Below, one piece after another: positions 57,354 through 58,661 of a stretch of DNA of 58,661 nucleotides. A program made the position numbers and the translations under genes. How positions within the stretch are numbered: position 1 is the stretch's first letter; every line of letters begins with the position of its first letter. The stretch is from an uncultured Verrucomicrobia subdivision 3 bacterium (GTDB taxonomy: Bacteria; Verrucomicrobiota; Verrucomicrobiia; Limisphaerales; UBA8199), in NCBI GenBank assembly GCA_903912925.1, contig CAIWJG010000374.1:1-58661 (forward strand), written 5' to 3'. The notes under the pieces are model-generated. The model saw only the letters and a program-made list of their open reading frames with translations, did not search any database and was not told the origin of the DNA.

Positions 57354-57438
57354 AACAGAACGCGGGCTATAGCTTTTCGTTTGTTTCCTGGCACTATTTT
57401 GCTACTGAAACTGCACTACTAGATTCCACACTGTCACG

Positions 57439-57466
57439 GTTGTAGCAAATTTCGGCAATTTGTCAA
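57439..57466 (-). promoter_or_regulatory. Candidate sigma70-like promoter of the giant gene in an AT-rich 150-bp stretch
   Basis: The minus strand reads GGTGTTGACA-AATTGCCGAAATTTGC-TACAAC: a perfect -35 TTGACA, 16-nt spacer, and TGC immediately before TACAAC (extended -10-like). It lies ~85 nt upstream of the first ATG. Confidence 0.45.
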
Positions 57467-57661
57467 CACCTTTGTGGTTTATTTGTTTCACTATTTATGA
57501 CCTATTATTCTGCCATGAAGCGACTTAACTCATGCATTGTCCCGGCGCTGGTCGCGGCGGGGAGGAATGGGAGGAAGGATGGCGATCCGGGCACGGGCAC
57601 GGCGCTGGGCGAGGTTGTCCGCCGCCGCCGCAGGCCCGACAGGGATGCGGCTGCGGCGCGC

Positions 57662-58108
57662 TCAGGCAGCCGCGACCAGCCGCAACTCCGGCCGGCGCAA
57701 GAGCCGTTGACATTGGCGGAGCCCGAGGCGGACGTCGTAATGCTGGCTGAGATGCTGGGCGAGCAAGGAGCCGTCCCAGGTGTCCTGATCGTAGCCCAGC
57801 GCGCGCGGGGAAGCCCGCAATTCCTGCGCGACTTTCTCCCAATCCACCGCGGCCAGCCGGCCAGGACGGCCGGCGCGGGGGCCTTCCCGCAACGCGCCGC
57901 GGCCGCCGGCGGCAAAACGATGCACCCACCGCTGGACCGTGGCCGGATGCTCGCCCAGCCACGCGGCCACCGCCGCACAAGGGTGGCCCTGGCATACCAG
58001 CAGCACCCCGTGCAGCCGATGATCATACCGCGATTCCACCGAGCGGCCGATCTCTTGCTGCAAGGAGATCCTCGCCGCCTCCGCATTGGCGATTCGCAAT
58101 GCTTTCAT
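57662..58108 (-). pseudogene. Truncated IS630-family transposase gene (N-terminal HTH part only)
   Basis: From the ATG at 58108: 'MKALRI...HGVLLVCQGHPCAAVAAWLGEHPATVQRWVHRFAAGGRGALREGPRAGRPGRL...DTWDGSLLAQHLSQHYDVRLGLRQCQRLLRR'. This is the typical IS630/Tc1-like paired HTH region. The ORF stops after 148 aa, and no DDE-domain-like sequence was seen in any downstream frame. Confidence 0.6.
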
Positions 58109-58567
58109 GCCCCCACCGTCAGGGAACAACGGAACAATGGCAAGCGCATTATGCCGCACCACTTCTGTCGCCAAGGAAATCGAAGGCGGCGGCAGCGCCG
58201 AAGATCTCGATCTAATCCCTCGAAAGAAGGCACTTTCATGGCTGCGAATGGACCAGAAATTGCAGAAGCCCAGCCTATTTGCCGGCAATTCTCATTTTGG
58301 CTGGTCTGGGAAGTTTGGAGTCCACCCTTGTTAGCGTGTCTGAGGCCGCAACCACGCTAAAGCGTGAACTCCGAACCTGGGGTGCCTCGATCTCGGATTA
58401 ACACATTCCGGCGCGGGGTGAGCCTCTCATATTGGTCCGGAGCGCGGACATTCTTGCCCAATGCCGCTAGGATTTGAGCGACATGTTCCAGTGGCAATGA
58501 TTCTGTCGCTTCCGGTAATAGCTTTCCCCAAGATCCCGCATAGCATCGAACAACTTCCACCAATTGA

Positions 58568-58612
58568 GACGCCAAGGGCGTCGCTCATACCAGCCCAGGG
58601 CAACGCCCTGGG
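58568..58612. repeat. Two adjacent short GC-rich hairpins (REP-like) at the window edge
   Basis: GACGCC-AAG-GGCGTC (58568-58582) and CCCAGGGC-AAC-GCCCTGGG (58594-58612). The element is possibly cut by the window end. Confidence 0.4.
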
Positions 58613-58661
58613 TTCATGGCCCCAACAACCATCTGGAGCGCTGAAGGCGCGGCTCATCCTC

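Noticed and set aside
30744-57353. Classical autotransporter (type V) or PEP-CTERM/exosortase substrate call for the giant protein
   Set aside because: PATR repeats are present, but no C-terminal beta-barrel translocator domain, no PEP motif with a TM and basic tail, and no LPXTG were seen in the last 300 aa. The export or anchoring route is left open.
31075-57372. Dozens of plus- and minus-frame ORFs inside the giant gene (e.g. 40029-41219, 42117-43466, 49128-50357)
   Set aside because: They are Arg/Gly/His-rich repetitive translations of the opposite strand or of alternative frames of a 26.6-kb uninterrupted ORF that has clear modular protein logic. No independent coding evidence exists for them.
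57497-58360. 287-aa plus-strand ORF and the 193/156-aa minus-strand ORFs (57505-58086, 57525-57995) overlapping the IS630-like fragment
   Set aside because: Their composition is Arg/Ala/Pro/Gly-rich with no motifs. Only the 57662-58108 minus frame shows transposase HTH similarity. The others are overlapping shadow frames.
58357-58575. 72-aa minus-strand ORF (MASQLVEVVRCYAGSWGKLLPEATESLPLEHV...)
   Set aside because: It looks more protein-like than its neighbours, but I cannot assign a family. It may be a fragment of another mobile-element gene. There is too little evidence to call it.

Overview
Visibly GC-rich bacterial chromosomal fragment. The gene content (an H-X9-DG prepilin-like protein, PATR 'autotransporter-associated beta-strand' repeats, a giant repetitive exoprotein, many TPR membrane proteins) suggests a Verrucomicrobiota/PVC-type genome; this is inference. 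Layout: (i) 1-9.6 kb holds ordinary genes. rsmA, a class-III aminotransferase and queE sit on the minus strand (rsmA and the aminotransferase overlap by ATGA). A divergent glutamate dehydrogenase plus an H-X9-DG pseudopilin-like gene follow, then a PQQ-like beta-propeller and a GH2 glycosidase on the minus strand. (ii) 10.3-30.6 kb holds nine head-to-tail minus-strand paralogs (P1-P9 in coordinate order, transcribed P9->P1). Eight fuse a TMTC/DUF1736-like GT-C membrane domain to about 4-13 TPRs. P5 fuses a different polytopic domain to the same TPR cassette as P2. All nine carry in-frame heptanucleotide microsatellite cassettes, and five carry an in-frame palindromic insert. (iii) 30.7-57.4 kb is one 8869-codon ORF for a secreted Thr/Ser-rich giant protein. 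It is built of about 38 Cys-pair ~85-aa modules, at least 13 Ig-like modules, MBG-like, Big_3-like and PATR segments, two PA14 domains and two families of unassigned domains. (iv) 57.4-58.7 kb holds an AT-rich promoter region, a truncated IS630-like transposase gene and REP-like hairpins. No rRNA, tRNA or CRISPR array was recognised. Main lead: the giant beta-sandwich protein plus nine TMTC-like enzymes as a candidate dedicated protein O-glycosylation system, with the non-triplet repeat tracts as a possible variation or insertion phenomenon. All sub-gene coordinates were read by eye and are approximate (+/- a few nt for repeats, +/- tens of nt for protein domains).
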